Shown in pieces: positions 18,710-28,686 of a DNA stretch of 59,744 bases; the first letter of the stretch is position 1, and the number at the start of each line of letters is the position of its first letter. Below the pieces are notes generated by a model that was given only the letters and a program-made list of their open reading frames with translations, did not search any database and was not told the origin of the DNA. The stretch comes from a virus (lineage: Duplodnaviria; Caudoviricetes), in IMG/VR virus record IMGVR_UViG_3300042861_000881, positions 1 through 59,744 of that record; one strand, 5' to 3'. The position numbers were made by a program, and so were the translations under genes.

Positions 18710-18729
18710 AGTTTTTAGAGTAAATAAAG

Positions 18730-19356
18730 TTAAGAGATTTTTTTTATCTTAGTAACCTTACCTTCAAATATATGTTTTCCAACTTTAAAAGAAAAGACTT
18801 CGTTTGATTTTTGTTCTGATTCTGATAAAATTCCGTTTTCTTGTAGGACTTCCTCCACAACTTCACGAAGCATTGACTTTAATTCTTTCATATTAAAGTT
18901 TGATGATTGTGATTGTTCTTGTATTCTTTGTTTTGGTTGATTAATTTGATTTCCTCTAGCATCGGTATTCATTAACCTTGCCGCTTTTTCAACTAATTCG
19001 TCAGATAATACTGAACCTCCACCACCCATTGAGTTAGGAACTTCGATAGGATGTTCAATCATTAATCTTTTAATTGCGTCCGGTAATTTAGATGCCATAA
19101 CTCTATCAGTAGTTATAGGTTGTGGTGCTGATGGTGTTTTTGGGATTGACGATAAATAAGGTTGATTTATTTCTGATTCTTGTAATAATTCTTGAGGTAT
19201 ATTATAAGAAGCCTTTATTGGTTCGTAATTTTCAACCATAGGTGTATTATAAGACCCCATTGATTGTGATGCACCACCTGTTGGTATTTTATTATGAGCA
19301 TCCATTATTTTTTTGGATACTGCTAATTTTTCCATTAAACTTAATTCGTTTGTCAT
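18730..19356 (-). CDS. Hypothetical phage protein
   Basis: 208-aa ORF in an operon-like run; no recognisable catalytic motif. Confidence 0.7.
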   Translation of the reverse strand: MTNELSLMEKLAVSKKIMDAHNKIPTGGASQSMGSYNTPMVENYEPIKASYNIPQELLQESEINQPYLSSIPKTPSAPQPITTDRVMASKLPDAIKRLMIEHPIEVPNSMGGGGSVLSDELVEKAARLMNTDARGNQINQPKQRIQEQSQSSNFNMKELKSMLREVVEEVLQENGILSESEQKSNEVFSFKVGKHIFEGKVTKIKKIS

Positions 19357-19365
19357 AAATTTTAA

Positions 19366-19764
19366 TTATTGTATTGGGTTTTGTCCGAAAACCGCGTTTA
19401 TGATAACTCTATTCATACTTCTATCCCCATTAAAATTGTATCCGGGTTTTGGTTCGATGAATTTTTCACCTGAAGGTCTAAAAGATTGGATTTTATCCAC
19501 TCTAAATAATCTCCATCCCGGTAAAGGTTGTTCACCTTTATATGCGGTGTGTGACGCTCCTTCTTCATCCCAAGCTCTCAATACAGGATTCCCGGCCTTT
19601 GAATATCCGAAACAAACGGGTTCAATATTTCTTAAACCACGTCCACCCGGTTCATCACCGTCGTAATAAATGATTATCTTATCTTTATTTTTAATAGCGT
19701 TGACAATTGAGTCTATTGACGCTACTTCTAAAATAAGAGATTTAACTGTGTTGTAAAGTTTCAT
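19366..19764 (-). CDS. Stand-alone WYL-domain protein
   Basis: IIIYY...GLRNIEPVCFG...LRAW...WRLFRVDKI matches the WYL fold signature (R.IEP...R.FR.D.I). Confidence 0.75.
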   Translation of the reverse strand: MKLYNTVKSLILEVASIDSIVNAIKNKDKIIIYYDGDEPGGRGLRNIEPVCFGYSKAGNPVLRAWDEEGASHTAYKGEQPLPGWRLFRVDKIQSFRPSGEKFIEPKPGYNFNGDRSMNRVIINAVFGQNPIQ

Positions 19765-20060
19765 TATGCACTTGGAGTTGTGTATGGTGAATTTGGTTTG
19801 TATTCGTTTATTACAATTCCGGCGTTTCTTTCTTGAATATCCTGAATCGCACCTGCTTGTTGATTATATACATCTAAAAAGTTACCGGTTCCTTTACCAT
19901 CCGTATCACCATCGGCAAGAGCGTCAGGGTTTACAGATGAATATTCATTTGCGGTTTTTTTAAAATCATTTTTTGGGAATAATATTGCTCTTTGCATTTC
20001 AGCAATTTGAGATAATTCGTTAGATGGTTGTTCAAAATTTAATGGTTCATTTACTGGCAT
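19764..20060 (-). CDS. Hypothetical protein
   Basis: 98-aa ORF; its stop overlaps the next start. Confidence 0.65.
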   Translation of the reverse strand: MPVNEPLNFEQPSNELSQIAEMQRAILFPKNDFKKTANEYSSVNPDALADGDTDGKGTGNFLDVYNQQAGAIQDIQERNAGIVINEYKPNSPYTTPSA

Positions 20061-20065
20061 AATTA

Positions 20066-20533
20066 TTATATTTTTTGCATTAATTCGTTTATTCTTTTTA
20101 AGCTTTCGGTGATTGCGGTATCAAACTTATTAATGGATGAGTTATGACTTTGATTAGGTCTATTCATACTAACCATACCATCTTTTTCGTGTGGTTTAAT
20201 ATGTTGATTTGGTAATACTTCAGATTTTGATTGCTTGTTAGCGTCTATTGTATCCCTATCACCTTTTAATGTATTTTCCACCCAATTTTTAACATAGTGA
20301 CCCCCGTTTAATATATGAGGTATTTCATCTTGATGTCCGTTAAAATTATCAAACCAATTTTTCATTCGTTTTAATTGTTGATAAGTAATCTCACCTTTCT
20401 CACGTAAATCTTTATTACGTTTGAATCCTTCGGTGGTTTCATCGACTTCTCCAACCGCCTGATTACATTGTTCCAAATATTCTATAACGTCTTGTGGGAC
20501 CGTATAGGTTTTTCCGTATAATTCACTATTCAT
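20066..20533 (-). CDS. Hypothetical protein
   Basis: 155-aa ORF, translationally coupled to its neighbours. Confidence 0.7.
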   Translation of the reverse strand: MNSELYGKTYTVPQDVIEYLEQCNQAVGEVDETTEGFKRNKDLREKGEITYQQLKRMKNWFDNFNGHQDEIPHILNGGHYVKNWVENTLKGDRDTIDANKQSKSEVLPNQHIKPHEKDGMVSMNRPNQSHNSSINKFDTAITESLKRINELMQKI

Positions 20534-21362
20534 CGTCGGATGATTTTAAAGCTTTTATTAACATATTGATACTGATACCTTCTTTGTCTGCAATATTTTT
20601 TATTGCTTTAATATTTTTTTTTAATATTTTACTAACACCGGTGTTTTTAATAACATCAGAATTATCTTTTGATTTTTTAGTTAAGATATCCTCAACCATT
20701 TTTTTCATTAATCTATGTTGACGTTCTTCTAATGTTTCTTTTTCTGACAATCTTTGTCTTAATTCCCCACCTTCAACTTCTTCTTTTGGTAATTTACCAA
20801 ATTGTTTGGCTCTTTCAACAGCATTATCAACACCCATCTTTTTAAGAGTTTTGACGGTATCGGTATAATCCATATCTTTGGTTTCTTCGTATCCAAACGC
20901 TTCTGAATAATCGACCTCGTTAATTACTTCGTCACTTCCTTCTTCACTCTCACCATAATAAACTCTATAACCTCTAGTTACCGGGTCATTAGTTGTTCTT
21001 GCCATTACCACAGTTTGGTCGGTAGTTTTATGTGGTGTTAAGGTTTGATTAAGATAAGGCATTCTTGAACCTAATAAACTTCCATCTTCATCAACTAATT
21101 CATCAATTTCTTTTTTAGATTTAATTCCTTTCAGTTTTTTATCTAACACTTTTTTAGTGACTTTTGATTTTGTTTTCATAGCACTTGAAACAAGACCTTT
21201 AACTTTTTTTTCATCTTTTTTATCAAACTCAATTTTATCATCTGATTTTCGTGATTCGGTTAAAGTTTCGGCTACATTATAATATAGAGAGATTTTGTTA
21301 CCTCTATCTTTAATGTAGAAGTAACAATTGTTTCCAAAATATTCAGTATTAAAATTAATCAT
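20526..21362 (-). CDS. Hypothetical protein (Lys/Glu-rich)
   Basis: 278-aa ORF preceded by the TATTTAT motif. Confidence 0.7.
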   Translation of the reverse strand: MINFNTEYFGNNCYFYIKDRGNKISLYYNVAETLTESRKSDDKIEFDKKDEKKVKGLVSSAMKTKSKVTKKVLDKKLKGIKSKKEIDELVDEDGSLLGSRMPYLNQTLTPHKTTDQTVVMARTTNDPVTRGYRVYYGESEEGSDEVINEVDYSEAFGYEETKDMDYTDTVKTLKKMGVDNAVERAKQFGKLPKEEVEGGELRQRLSEKETLEERQHRLMKKMVEDILTKKSKDNSDVIKNTGVSKILKKNIKAIKNIADKEGISINMLIKALKSSDDE

Positions 21363-21376
21363 ATCAACTTTTTATA

Positions 21377-21404
21377 TATAAATACTTCGTTTCTGACTAT
21401 TTAT
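21377..21404. promoter_or_regulatory. Divergent pair of TATTTAT promoter-like motifs
   Basis: TATTTAT on - at 21378-21384 (before 21362) and on + at 21398-21404 (before GTG 21418). Confidence 0.5.
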
Positions 21405-21417
21405 CATAAAAAAGATT

Positions 21418-24400
21418 GTGAGTCAAAATATAAATCAATATCCGAGACCGAATTGGGGTATAAAATTAGCCATCGATGCTAGTGATATGTCTTTAGTTAG
21501 TGATGAGAGAAACTTTAATGAAGAGGTTGTTTTTTCACCATATCTTATTGCCCAAACTTATGGTAATAGATTACCTTTTTCTTTTAATACAAATAATGTA
21601 CTATCAGTCCAACCTTTAAGTTTATTATATAAACAATACAATTTTAATAATATTTTTGTATCAACAAATTATTATAACCCGGACAACATTGATTTAAGTT
21701 GTTTAACCGCTAACACATCTTGTGATATTGGATTAACAGGTATTGATAATGGGTTGGTAACCGGAATGACAGGACAAACTATAACATTTACAAATGGAAT
21801 AAATGATTTTACTAAATTTAATAGATTATCGTTTGACCGAAGATTAAAAATGTTTCAAGTTACGGGATATACTAGTTCGAATGTTAGATTTTCAGGATTT
21901 AATAAAACCATATTATACGAGGTTGTAAGTAAAAATGATTCTGTTGGTTATTACCACGAACTATATGGTGGGTTCTACCAAGGGTTTTACAAACTATTTG
22001 GTTATGATTATGAAATTTTCCCTGAGAGAATGAATAAAGGATGGTCTGTTGAGATGTTATTAAAACCAAGATTGACAAACGAATACACACCATTATCAGA
22101 TGAAACAACATTAAACGAGATATACCCGAATAATAAAGATATTTTCTTTTATTTTGGAACTCGTGCTGAAAATAAATTTTATCATTACGCTGACGGACAT
22201 CCAAGATGTCTTACCGGTTATACTAGAGTTACCTCAGAGGTTACAGGTTTAACGACTTGTGCTTGTTGTAATAATTCAGTTGTTAATAGTAGATGTATCT
22301 ATGTTTATCCACCAAGACCAACTGATGCTGATTGTAATGGTTGTATTACTTGTGGTTGGGAATATAAAATACACGATTGCCCAATTGTAACACCAACACC
22401 TACCCCAACACCTACTCCAACGGCAACACCTTCAAATTGTGAACCAATCATATCTTGTGATGACGGTTGTACTTGTTTAAAATGTTCTTCTTGTAATGAT
22501 TGTAATTCTTGTGATACTTGTAATTTAAAACAGGGTTCCGTTGAAAATACTTGTGAGAGTGACCCATTATATGATTCAATGTCGAATGTAATTGCGTTAA
22601 AATTATGTGGAGAACCAAACAACCCTCAAATAGGTGTGAGACTATTAAGATTTACAGGTGATTGTATTACAACCGGTAGTTGTTCAACTACGGGTATTAC
22701 TTATTCAACAGGATATACTGTAGATAATTATTGCACACCACCAATTTACCCATATTGTTTAGAGATTAACCCAAGTTATTTAAATATAGAACATTGGTTC
22801 CACGTAACGGCCGTTTGGGAGAGATATACTTGGTTAGATACTTGTAATTTATGGTATAGAGGAGGTCTTGGTGATATTACCGAAACCAAATTTTTGGATG
22901 GGTTGGCGGGTAATTCTGTCTCGTTAATTACTGTACCATATACTCAAACTTGTGGTACTGACCCGAAACAAATTGATTTAGTTAATTTAAATGAAAAATG
23001 GTTAATTGATAAAGATTTTAGAAAAGGAAGGTTAAAGATTTATATTAACGGAAGAATATTCCACACATTTCAAGATATTGAGGAAATAATTCCAAGAGCG
23101 TTGAGTACTGATAAAGAAAAACAAGTTGGTGTTCCATATAATGTTTCTTGGGGTGGAGGGACTCAAGGTTTAAGAGAGAATTTAACATTCTCAGCAATTA
23201 CCGGAACAACTTATATTCAAGACCCGGAATCTTTACCAACAAACGATTTATCCGGGACAACGTTTAGTGGATTAACAACCAATATATTATTAGAACAAAA
23301 TTTTGGTGGAACATTTGAAGGGGGAATCTCTCAATTTAGAATGTATATCACACCATTATCGGCTCCGGAAGTAAAACATAATTTTAATCTATTAAAAGAT
23401 ACTTTTGATATGTTTAATCCGGATTGTCCTGATTGTGGGGAGAATTTCTGTCCAACAAATGATTTTACATTTACCATAAATGGACCGAGCCCAACACCTA
23501 GTATTACCCCGACACAAACACCAACAAACACGGTAACCCCAACACAAACACCAACTAATACTGTAACACCGACACAAACACCAACAAATACTATTACACC
23601 TACTAACACACCGACAAACACAGTAACTCCAACACAAACACCGACAAATACACAAACTCCAACTAATACGCAAACACCAACAAATACTCAAACACAAACA
23701 CCAACAAACACGATAACACCGACACAAACACCAACAAACACGATAACACCGACACAAACACCAACAAACACGATAACACCGACACAAACACCAACTAATA
23801 CTCCAACACCAACATCAACACCACCACCTCCATTTATTTCAGTTTGGAGAGTTGATGGCATCCAAGGAATAACATTACCTTACGAGGTGGATGGTAATTA
23901 TAGTGGATTTATTGATTGGGGTGACGGACAAATAAGTAATAACACATACAATAATAGAGAACACATTTATGGAGGACTCCCATCACCCGACCCAACAGAT
24001 TACACAGTAAGAATTTATGGTCAAGTTGATGGATTTAGATTTAACAATGAAGGTGATAAATTAAAACTTATAGATATTACTCAATGGGGTACTAATTTTA
24101 GTTTTGGTAATAAAGGAGGTTATTTCTATGGTTGTAGTAATTTGACATTGAGTGGTGACCCGGGTAATTTAAGTTTTGAAAGAGGAAGTGTAGAGACAAC
24201 TAACTTTAGTAATATGTTCAGAGATTGTGTTTCATTCACTGGTGGTACTACAGGGTGGAAGATTGGTAATGTTACCGATATGTCAAATATGTTTATGAAC
24301 TCGGGAATTAATGAAGACCTTAGTGGATGGAAGGTTAATTCAGTTACAAATATGTCTGGTATGTTTGCAGATACGTCATTCAATTCAAATTTTGTAAATG

Positions 24401-25749
24401 ATAACGATTTTTCAAGTGTGGAAAATATGTCAGGTATGTTTAGTGGAAATACCGCGTATACCCAAAATATTAATAATTGGAATGTAAGTGGTGTTACTGA
24501 TATGTCAAATATGTTTAACGGAGCCACTTCATTTAACCAACCATTATCAGGATGGAATATTAATGGTGACCTTGAGGTGAATATGTCAGGAATGTTTAAA
24601 GGTGCAACATCATTTAATCAAGAATTATATAATGTCGAAACCGGAAGCTGGTTTGTTAGAAACGTTACTGATATGTCAAATATGTTTGATGGAGCCACTT
24701 CATTTAATCAAGATATTAATGATTGGGATGTTAGTAGTGTGGTGAATATGTCAGAAATGTTCAAAGGGGCGACTTTATTTAATTCTCCTCTCGATAAATG
24801 GGGTGAATATGTCGAGAGTGTTATTGATATGTCGGGAATGTTTAGTGGGGCAACATCATTTAAGTCTGACATTAGTGGATGGAATGTTAGTAACGTTACT
24901 AATATGTCAGGAATGTTTAATGGTGCAACATCTTTTAATGTTTCATTATATGATATTGAAACAGAGTTATGGGATGTCTCAAATGTTACTGATATGTCAA
25001 ATATGTTTAAGGGGGCAACCTCATTTGACCAAGCATTGTCAGGGTGGAATGTTTCAAATGTAACTGATATGTCAGGTATGTTCGATGGCACAACCGGGTT
25101 TAATCAATCTATAAATTCTTGGAATGTTAGTGGTGTTACCGATATGTCAAATATGTTTAAGGGTGCAACCTCGTTTAACCAAGTATTGTCAGGGTGGAAT
25201 GTTTCAAATGTAACTGATATGTCAGGTATGTTTAGCGGAGCAACCTCGTTCAATAATGAACTTACAAAGATAGGTGATTATTTTATTAAAGTAACCAATA
25301 TGTCAAATATGTTTAATGGTTCAACCGGGTTTAATAAATCTATAAGTTTTTGGAATGTCTCAAATGTAACTGATATGTCGGGAATGTTTAATGGAGCAAC
25401 CAATTTTAGAGGTGATGGTATAAGTGTTTGGAATGTTTCAAATGTAACCGATATGTCGGAAATGTTTAAGGGGGCAACCGATTTTAATTCTACTTTAGGT
25501 GATTGGAATATTTCAGGGGTTACTAATTTTACTAATTTTATGTCAGGTATAACTAATTTAGGTTATTCATCATCGAATTTAAATGATATTTACAATCAAT
25601 GGTCAACAAGAAATCCAAAAACAGGTTTAACTATTAATTTCGGAAGTATTAATTACACTTCTGCAGGGCAGACAGGAAGAAAAAAATTAACAGATGCAAT
25701 TAATGATGGTGGTTTCGGTTGGACAATTACTGATGGTGGTTTAGTGTAA
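21418..25749 (+). CDS. Large virion-like protein: Cys-rich/LamG-like core, Thr-Pro repeats, PKD-like domain, DUF285 (BspA-like) repeats
   Basis: GTG start; LKIYING...[16 protein letters not shown] (LamG-like); TPT repeats; FIDWGDG; many [21 protein letters not shown] repeats. Confidence 0.8.
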   Translation: MSQNINQYPRPNWGIKLAIDASDMSLVSDERNFNEEVVFSPYLIAQTYGNRLPFSFNTNNVLSVQPLSLLYKQYNFNNIFVSTNYYNPDNIDLSCLTANTSCDIGLTGIDNGLVTGMTGQTITFTNGINDFTKFNRLSFDRRLKMFQVTGYTSSNVRFSGFNKTILYEVVSKNDSVGYYHELYGGFYQGFYKLFGYDYEIFPERMNKGWSVEMLLKPRLTNEYTPLSDETTLNEIYPNNKDIFFYFGTRAENKFYHYADGHPRCLTGYTRVTSEVTGLTTCACCNNSVVNSRCIYVYPPRPTDADCNGCITCGWEYKIHDCPIVTPTPTPTPTPTATPSNCEPIISCDDGCTCLKCSSCNDCNSCDTCNLKQGSVENTCESDPLYDSMSNVIALKLCGEPNNPQIGVRLLRFTGDCITTGSCSTTGITYSTGYTVDNYCTPPIYPYCLEINPSYLNIEHWFHVTAVWERYTWLDTCNLWYRGGLGDITETKFLDGLAGNSVSLITVPYTQTCGTDPKQIDLVNLNEKWLIDKDFRKGRLKIYINGRIFHTFQDIEEIIPRALSTDKEKQVGVPYNVSWGGGTQGLRENLTFSAITGTTYIQDPESLPTNDLSGTTFSGLTTNILLEQNFGGTFEGGISQFRMYITPLSAPEVKHNFNLLKDTFDMFNPDCPDCGENFCPTNDFTFTINGPSPTPSITPTQTPTNTVTPTQTPTNTVTPTQTPTNTITPTNTPTNTVTPTQTPTNTQTPTNTQTPTNTQTQTPTNTITPTQTPTNTITPTQTPTNTITPTQTPTNTPTPTSTPPPPFISVWRVDGIQGITLPYEVDGNYSGFIDWGDGQISNNTYNNREHIYGGLPSPDPTDYTVRIYGQVDGFRFNNEGDKLKLIDITQWGTNFSFGNKGGYFYGCSNLTLSGDPGNLSFERGSVETTNFSNMFRDCVSFTGGTTGWKIGNVTDMSNMFMNSGINEDLSGWKVNSVTNMSGMFADTSFNSNFVNDNDFSSVENMSGMFSGNTAYTQNINNWNVSGVTDMSNMFNGATSFNQPLSGWNINGDLEVNMSGMFKGATSFNQELYNVETGSWFVRNVTDMSNMFDGATSFNQDINDWDVSSVVNMSEMFKGATLFNSPLDKWGEYVESVIDMSGMFSGATSFKSDISGWNVSNVTNMSGMFNGATSFNVSLYDIETELWDVSNVTDMSNMFKGATSFDQALSGWNVSNVTDMSGMFDGTTGFNQSINSWNVSGVTDMSNMFKGATSFNQVLSGWNVSNVTDMSGMFSGATSFNNELTKIGDYFIKVTNMSNMFNGSTGFNKSISFWNVSNVTDMSGMFNGATNFRGDGISVWNVSNVTDMSEMFKGATDFNSTLGDWNISGVTNFTNFMSGITNLGYSSSNLNDIYNQWSTRNPKTGLTINFGSINYTSAGQTGRKKLTDAINDGGFGWTITDGGLV
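23488..23830 (+). repeat. Thr-Pro tandem repeat (30-nt unit, [11 protein letters not shown])
   Basis: Near-identical units such as acaccgacacaaacaccaacaaacacgata in tandem. Confidence 0.9.
24255..25545 (+). repeat. DUF285/BspA-like ~25-aa coding repeats
   Basis: Recurring tggaatgtttcaaatgtaactgatatgtc-like units. Confidence 0.85.
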
Positions 25750-25763
25750 AAAAAAAATAAAAT

Positions 25764-26807
25764 ATGTCAAATACAATAACAATACAGAGCGTAAATTATA
25801 GTGGAGAGGTTGCAAATATTTTGTTTAAACCTGTAAATGTTAATGCGGTTATTAATTTAGGAAACCAATCGTTACCATATGTGTTTAATCCGTCATTATT
25901 AACCCCTCCTCGTGATGTATATGGTGTTTATACCATATTAATTGAGGGTGCGGACTGCCCTTCAATTTTAAATGTTCCATTACCAACCCCAACCCCAACA
26001 CCTACGGTTACAACAACACCAACTACCACACCAACACCTACGGTTACCCCTACGGTTACTCCGTCGTTTAATCCTTGTAATATTTCACCAACACCAACAT
26101 CAACACCTACAATAACACCAACTAACACTATTACACCAACTAATACATCAACCCCTAACGCCCCAACTCCTACACCTACAAATACGACAACACCAACAAA
26201 TACGCCTACAATGACTAAAACACCGACCCCAACACCTACACCGGTTTATTTTGCATACTTATTTATGGAACCGGTTTCAGGTTCAACAAATATTGGTCAA
26301 TGGATGTATGATAGTGGAAGAAACTTCTTTGGATTTACTAACTATTCTCAACCAACACAAAATCAGACAGAATTTAATATTGATATGAATATTTATGTTG
26401 ATTTTAGCGGATGGACAAATGGTCTGTTCCCATCGTTAATACAACAAACAGTTCCACAAACCTCAGGTGGTGAGGATAGTTATAGTAACGCAATTGTTGC
26501 CTACAATTTCTTAACTACACAAATACCGAGTGGTTATGTTAATGGTTATAGTTGGTTTACTTGGATGATTCCTGTTTCATTAACTAATAACAAAAAACAA
26601 ACAATAATTGATATTAATACAAGTAATAACCCTAATTTATTAACAGGTGTGGGAACAGAAAGTACTATAAATTCATATACATTTACATACACCGGAACAA
26701 CAATTCCACCAACAACTTATAGAGTTTACACTACGTATCCTAGTACAATATTCAAGATAATAGACACTCAAAATATTTATATGAGAGGTAACACAATAGC
26801 ATCATAA
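25764..26807 (+). CDS. Thr-Pro-repeat virion-like protein
   Basis: Small N-terminal beta domain, about 90-aa PT-rich linker, C-terminal globular domain. Confidence 0.75.
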   Translation: MSNTITIQSVNYSGEVANILFKPVNVNAVINLGNQSLPYVFNPSLLTPPRDVYGVYTILIEGADCPSILNVPLPTPTPTPTVTTTPTTTPTPTVTPTVTPSFNPCNISPTPTSTPTITPTNTITPTNTSTPNAPTPTPTNTTTPTNTPTMTKTPTPTPTPVYFAYLFMEPVSGSTNIGQWMYDSGRNFFGFTNYSQPTQNQTEFNIDMNIYVDFSGWTNGLFPSLIQQTVPQTSGGEDSYSNAIVAYNFLTTQIPSGYVNGYSWFTWMIPVSLTNNKKQTIIDINTSNNPNLLTGVGTESTINSYTFTYTGTTIPPTTYRVYTTYPSTIFKIIDTQNIYMRGNTIAS

Positions 26808-26808
26808 T

Positions 26809-28524
26809 ATGAGTAATTTTTTAAATAAAATACCGGTTTCGCCTATAACATCACTTGGTACTCCTTCGGTTCCAAACAATTCAACTTTTGGAACAAACTT
26901 CAGTATCCTTCAAACCGGAGGTTATATGGAGGTTTATACCTTATCAGGATTGACATATACAATACCACCGGCAACAACAGGTGTTATAGAGTTTTCGGGT
27001 AATTCAATTCCAATCCAATTTACTAAAGGTTCGGGGTCTGTATTCTCACCTGATGTGTTAACATTAAATTCGGATAACATTTCATCAGGTAGAAGAAAAC
27101 TTGGAATGTTAGCGTATGTTTATGAAACTAATAAAATTTATCAATTTAAAATTGATAATTATGATACTTTGTGGAATAACGCAACCGGGGCCACGGGACC
27201 TGGTGGTAGTACTGTGGTTATTTCAGATTATGGAACAACGGTTAAGAATAACTCAGCTGCTGGAATTGCATTTATAAGTGCTTGGACATCTTCTACAATA
27301 TCAGGTATTGGTGGTTATAACGACACAAACGCTTCTTGGAGAGTTTTATCTACCGGAGGTGGAACATCTTTTACGGGGGGGACAATATCCGGAGCAACAA
27401 ACTTTACAAATGGTTTAACCGCAAACACATTTTCTGCAGGAACTTACCAAAATTTACCTGTAAGTGGTGTTACAGGTGGAACAGGTATTTCAGCAAACAC
27501 AACTAATGGTTTGGTAACCATTGTGAATACATTACCTGACCAAACAGTTACAATAACAGGTGGAACAAACATTGGAATAAATGGTACATATCCAAACTTC
27601 GGTATTAATTTTACCGGGTCAACAGGTGCATCAGGAGATTACTTACCTTTAAGTGGGGGAACGGTAACAGGTGGAACAATATTCACTAGTGGTTTAACTG
27701 CAAATACAATATCTGCAACAACATATCAGAATTTACCGGTAACGAGTTTTTCAGGGTTAAGTGGTATAAATCTATCGGCAACAACTAATGGGGAAGTATT
27801 GACCTATAGTTCAATAGATAACACTTGGAAAAATGAAAAAGTATATAATGATTTACAAATTAGAAGAAATGGTATAACTATTTTTGATGATATGATAGGA
27901 ACAACTGCTAGTGACAACTTTCAAAAACTAACATTTAATAACGGAGCTTGGTCAGTATCTACTATATCTAATGAAAATAATCCTGGAGTTATTACAATTA
28001 CATCATCATCAGGGTCATCAAGTAGTGGTGGAAATATTGTACCAAGTAGTACTGTATCTCCAAGAAATTACGCTGTTGGTGTGGGAATGCAATATGATTT
28101 GATAATGAGAACGGGTTCTTTGAGTGCCAATGTTATTATGAGATTTGGTATAGTTGCCGGCACAGTAAATGCAACACAACCAAGTGATGGTGTTTATTTA
28201 CGATTAAATAATAATGACTTAGTTGGGCAAACAGCTACTGGAAACACTAGAAGTCAAACGGCCGCATACACGGGTATAACAACACCAACTTGGTATCATT
28301 TTAGAGTAAAAATGGCGTCAGCAAATTTATCAGTATATGAATTATATGATATGGATGGTGCATTATTATGGACAGACAGTCTTACAACTAACTTACCAAC
28401 TATAGGTACCGGTGTTCAACCTACATTCATTGCATATAATCAAATTGCAGAAGCAAGACAAATATGTCAAGTAGATTATGTGTCATTTACATACCCACCA
28501 ATGAATAGAGGTGCCTTAATATAA
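26809..28524 (+). CDS. Tail-fibre-like protein (Gly/Thr/Ser-rich, C-terminal lectin-like beta domain)
   Basis: YLPLSGGTVTG and repeated GLTANT(F/I)SA.TYQNLP motifs typical of fibre proteins. Confidence 0.65.
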   Translation: MSNFLNKIPVSPITSLGTPSVPNNSTFGTNFSILQTGGYMEVYTLSGLTYTIPPATTGVIEFSGNSIPIQFTKGSGSVFSPDVLTLNSDNISSGRRKLGMLAYVYETNKIYQFKIDNYDTLWNNATGATGPGGSTVVISDYGTTVKNNSAAGIAFISAWTSSTISGIGGYNDTNASWRVLSTGGGTSFTGGTISGATNFTNGLTANTFSAGTYQNLPVSGVTGGTGISANTTNGLVTIVNTLPDQTVTITGGTNIGINGTYPNFGINFTGSTGASGDYLPLSGGTVTGGTIFTSGLTANTISATTYQNLPVTSFSGLSGINLSATTNGEVLTYSSIDNTWKNEKVYNDLQIRRNGITIFDDMIGTTASDNFQKLTFNNGAWSVSTISNENNPGVITITSSSGSSSSGGNIVPSSTVSPRNYAVGVGMQYDLIMRTGSLSANVIMRFGIVAGTVNATQPSDGVYLRLNNNDLVGQTATGNTRSQTAAYTGITTPTWYHFRVKMASANLSVYELYDMDGALLWTDSLTTNLPTIGTGVQPTFIAYNQIAEARQICQVDYVSFTYPPMNRGALI

Positions 28525-28536
28525 AATAAAAAAAAT

Positions 28537-28686
28537 ATGATACTAATTAAATATAGAATGATAAACGAGAATGGGTCTTGGATTGAAACAAAACATCTTG
28601 AAGAGGCTGAAACTCACGGTAACTATGTAATTATTACTGAGGAAATAATTGAAAATTCACCGGAAAATTTAATTCAACCTGAGTAA
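28537..28686 (+). CDS. Small acidic protein, possible fibre chaperone (not in ORF track)
   Basis: 49 aa, MILIKYRMINENGSWIETKHLEEAETHGNYVIITEEIIENSPENLIQPE. Fills the gap, and its TAA overlaps the next ATG. Confidence 0.6.
   Translation: MILIKYRMINENGSWIETKHLEEAETHGNYVIITEEIIENSPENLIQPE

Noticed and set aside
23488-23830. CRISPR-like array
   Set aside because: The repeats are contiguous, in-frame Thr-Pro coding units without unique spacers.
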